Origin: Bispira polyomma
Lineage: Eukaryota
Assembly: GCA_965649765.1 (NCBI GenBank)
Contig: OZ287755.1
Location: forward strand, 46,500,001-46,564,000
Reading direction: 5' to 3'
Length of the DNA stretch: 64,000 nucleotides
This document shows positions 62,047 through 64,000 of the stretch, piece after piece. Every line of letters begins with the position of its first letter. Within the stretch, counting starts at the first letter, position 1. A program made the position numbers and the translations under genes. The notes under the pieces were generated by a model. That model was not told where the DNA came from, searched no databases, and saw only the letters and a list, made by a program, of their open reading frames with translations.

Positions 62047-63159
62047 AGCCTCTGGATGAATATAAGAACACTCTGCCTTTGATATGTGCGACTTTATGTC
62101 GAGAATAGGAGAAAATCAATTAGAATACAGGTTGATTGAAATTTAGTTTGGTACTTTCCTTTACACTGGCTCAAACGAGCATATGATTTTTAATAATTTG
62201 TAAATGTGTAATCCAGTGGGTTGGAGAGACGAGCTTTAATGAAAGAAAAACAATGTTATCATAAATACGGAACAAAAGAAATACACTTGTGAAAAGACTT
62301 GATATTTTAAACAAGTGACCTAATTTTTTACTATTATGATGAAAAAGCTGCATCGTATTCAGTTGTTATGTAATGATTAATAATTAAACATACTAATGTT
62401 TATAACAACATGTACCACAAAATTGGGTGCATTAATTTATGGATATAAATACAGCTAGGAATTCATTATTAATAATGTACTCCATGCATATTATATTTAT
62501 CCTCTAGGCAAATCATTACCACCATTTAACCTCAGAGGTAGTTAAGGCTCTACAGATGATAATAAAATACACTTTGGGGGGTACATGATAAATGGATTGG
62601 TGAAAACTATCAACCCTATTGTGATCTGTATCATTAGTAGGGTTATGTTGTTACTTATCTTGTTTATAGAGTGTAATGATGCAATGACATCCACAAATTA
62701 GGTTTATTTCATATCTACTAGTTTGTTCATTTTATTCACTAGGTGACTGAACCTTTTTACATGAAATCTGTTAAAGATATGTGACATGGGCCAATAAATC
62801 GACATTGGATTTTGAAGTGGATCCAAGTGGAGATATGCAGTTAACTAATTGCAATTTATGTTACTAAATGCAATTGTACGTGTACCAGCATTTGTTAACA
62901 AAGTGGACTTTGTGGGGACAAAGCCTAAAACTATACCATCAAACTAAAGCAACTTGGTCCAGTGAAAGACATATTATCTTTCTAATTTTCTTTTTACACT
63001 CGCTAATTGATTGTGTGCACATCATTATATTAGCTCAGGTCATTATTAAGCAGCAGGCTCGAAAAGCCAGCCCAGCTGTGAATGTCTGATTTAGTAACTA
63101 ACTGATGCAAGGGCGCCAATGAATGTGTGAAGTCTCCACTCAATTATTATAGCTTTTCC

Positions 63160-64000
63160 TCTCACTGAGTTAGTGCATACACAACATTCTATTAACCCCA
63201 GTAAGCTCAAAATGCTAGACTAGTAGGTGTGTCCTTGGGTTGGTGACAGACTAATTTTAGATATCCACTGAATGTGTCAGTCTTCACTCAAATTTGTTTT
63301 AGCCCTACCATTAACAAAAATACGCCTGACCTTTGTTTGCAGGTCATAATTATGGAGAGTAATATAAATATGTATGGACATATTTACAATTATAATTATG
63401 GTTTCCACAGCTTTAATGAGTTCTCACCTTTTTTGGAATGAAAACAAGTGTAGGTCACTTCCAATATCTGCATATGTACTTTTTTTAATAAAAAAGTTTT
63501 GTTATATAAAAAAAATTTCATATAATGCACCAGCTCCAGATAATGCAACATCTAATATACACAATTGAAAGCAAACTTGTATATTTTCTGAACAGCCTGA
63601 CCTTTTTTTGCGACAGTCTCGGCCATAAAAATGTTGTCGGCATCCCTGCTTGTATGGCAAAGTAGCTTAAACATTGCGTGTGAAATTTGAATTGCGTGTG
63701 AAATTTCCTCAGTGACACAGTTATAGTATTTTGCTCTTTTTTTGGCTGAGGTGTGATTAACTTAGGAATAATGCCATAACAAGACTGTTACTGGATAGTC
63801 TTAAGATACTAACACATTTGCAATATCACTTGTATTGTAGATTTTAAGTTGATGTTTTTCCAGGTTGATTTTTCTTTCAACAGTTGGCATTTATTTGGTG
63901 GAGGATGATGCAGTTTTATGGATTATTACTCAATCTAACATATGCCTTTTTAAGTGATAGAATTAATGTTAGTTTATAAATATACTATTTATGCAAACAG
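63160..64000 (+). repeat. Paralogue of 48280-49150 and 50700-50880
   Basis: Shared blocks as listed for 48280-49150. Confidence 0.65.

Larger units (their letters stand above)
57650..62150 (-). mobile_element. Third, heavily decayed Ngaro-like YR retrotransposon (termini approximate)
   Basis: gag, RT, RNase H and YR fragments in the same order, with many stops and frameshifts. Confidence 0.85.

Overview
This is AT-rich metazoan (invertebrate-type) genomic DNA with spliceosomal introns. (1) 7.2-15.5 kb holds a + strand multi-exon gene. I reconstruct it as a secreted ~274-aa protein with a signal peptide and five thrombospondin type-1 (TSP1)-like repeats; two of its exons come from a recent ~1-kb tandem duplication. 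(2) 20259-43380 is a tyrosine-recombinase (YR) retrotransposon with split direct repeats (Ngaro/PAT-type). Its 5583-bp A-gag-pol-YR-B unit is repeated four times head-to-tail and closed by a single A-spacer-B end. (3) 51.8-62.1 kb holds two further diverged, decaying YR retrotransposons on the - strand. Comparing the three families suggests a shared expression system. The YR frame has no start codon at its N-terminus, begins at a splice acceptor just after the pol stop (two families), and is joined in phase to a donor at the same position in gag (all three). This predicts a spliced Gag(N)-YR fusion. Pol follows gag in the same frame behind a single UAG-G, which suggests readthrough. The remainder is tRNA-derived SINEs, MITEs, minisatellites and old duplications. 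All calls are from reading the sequence only; no searches were run.
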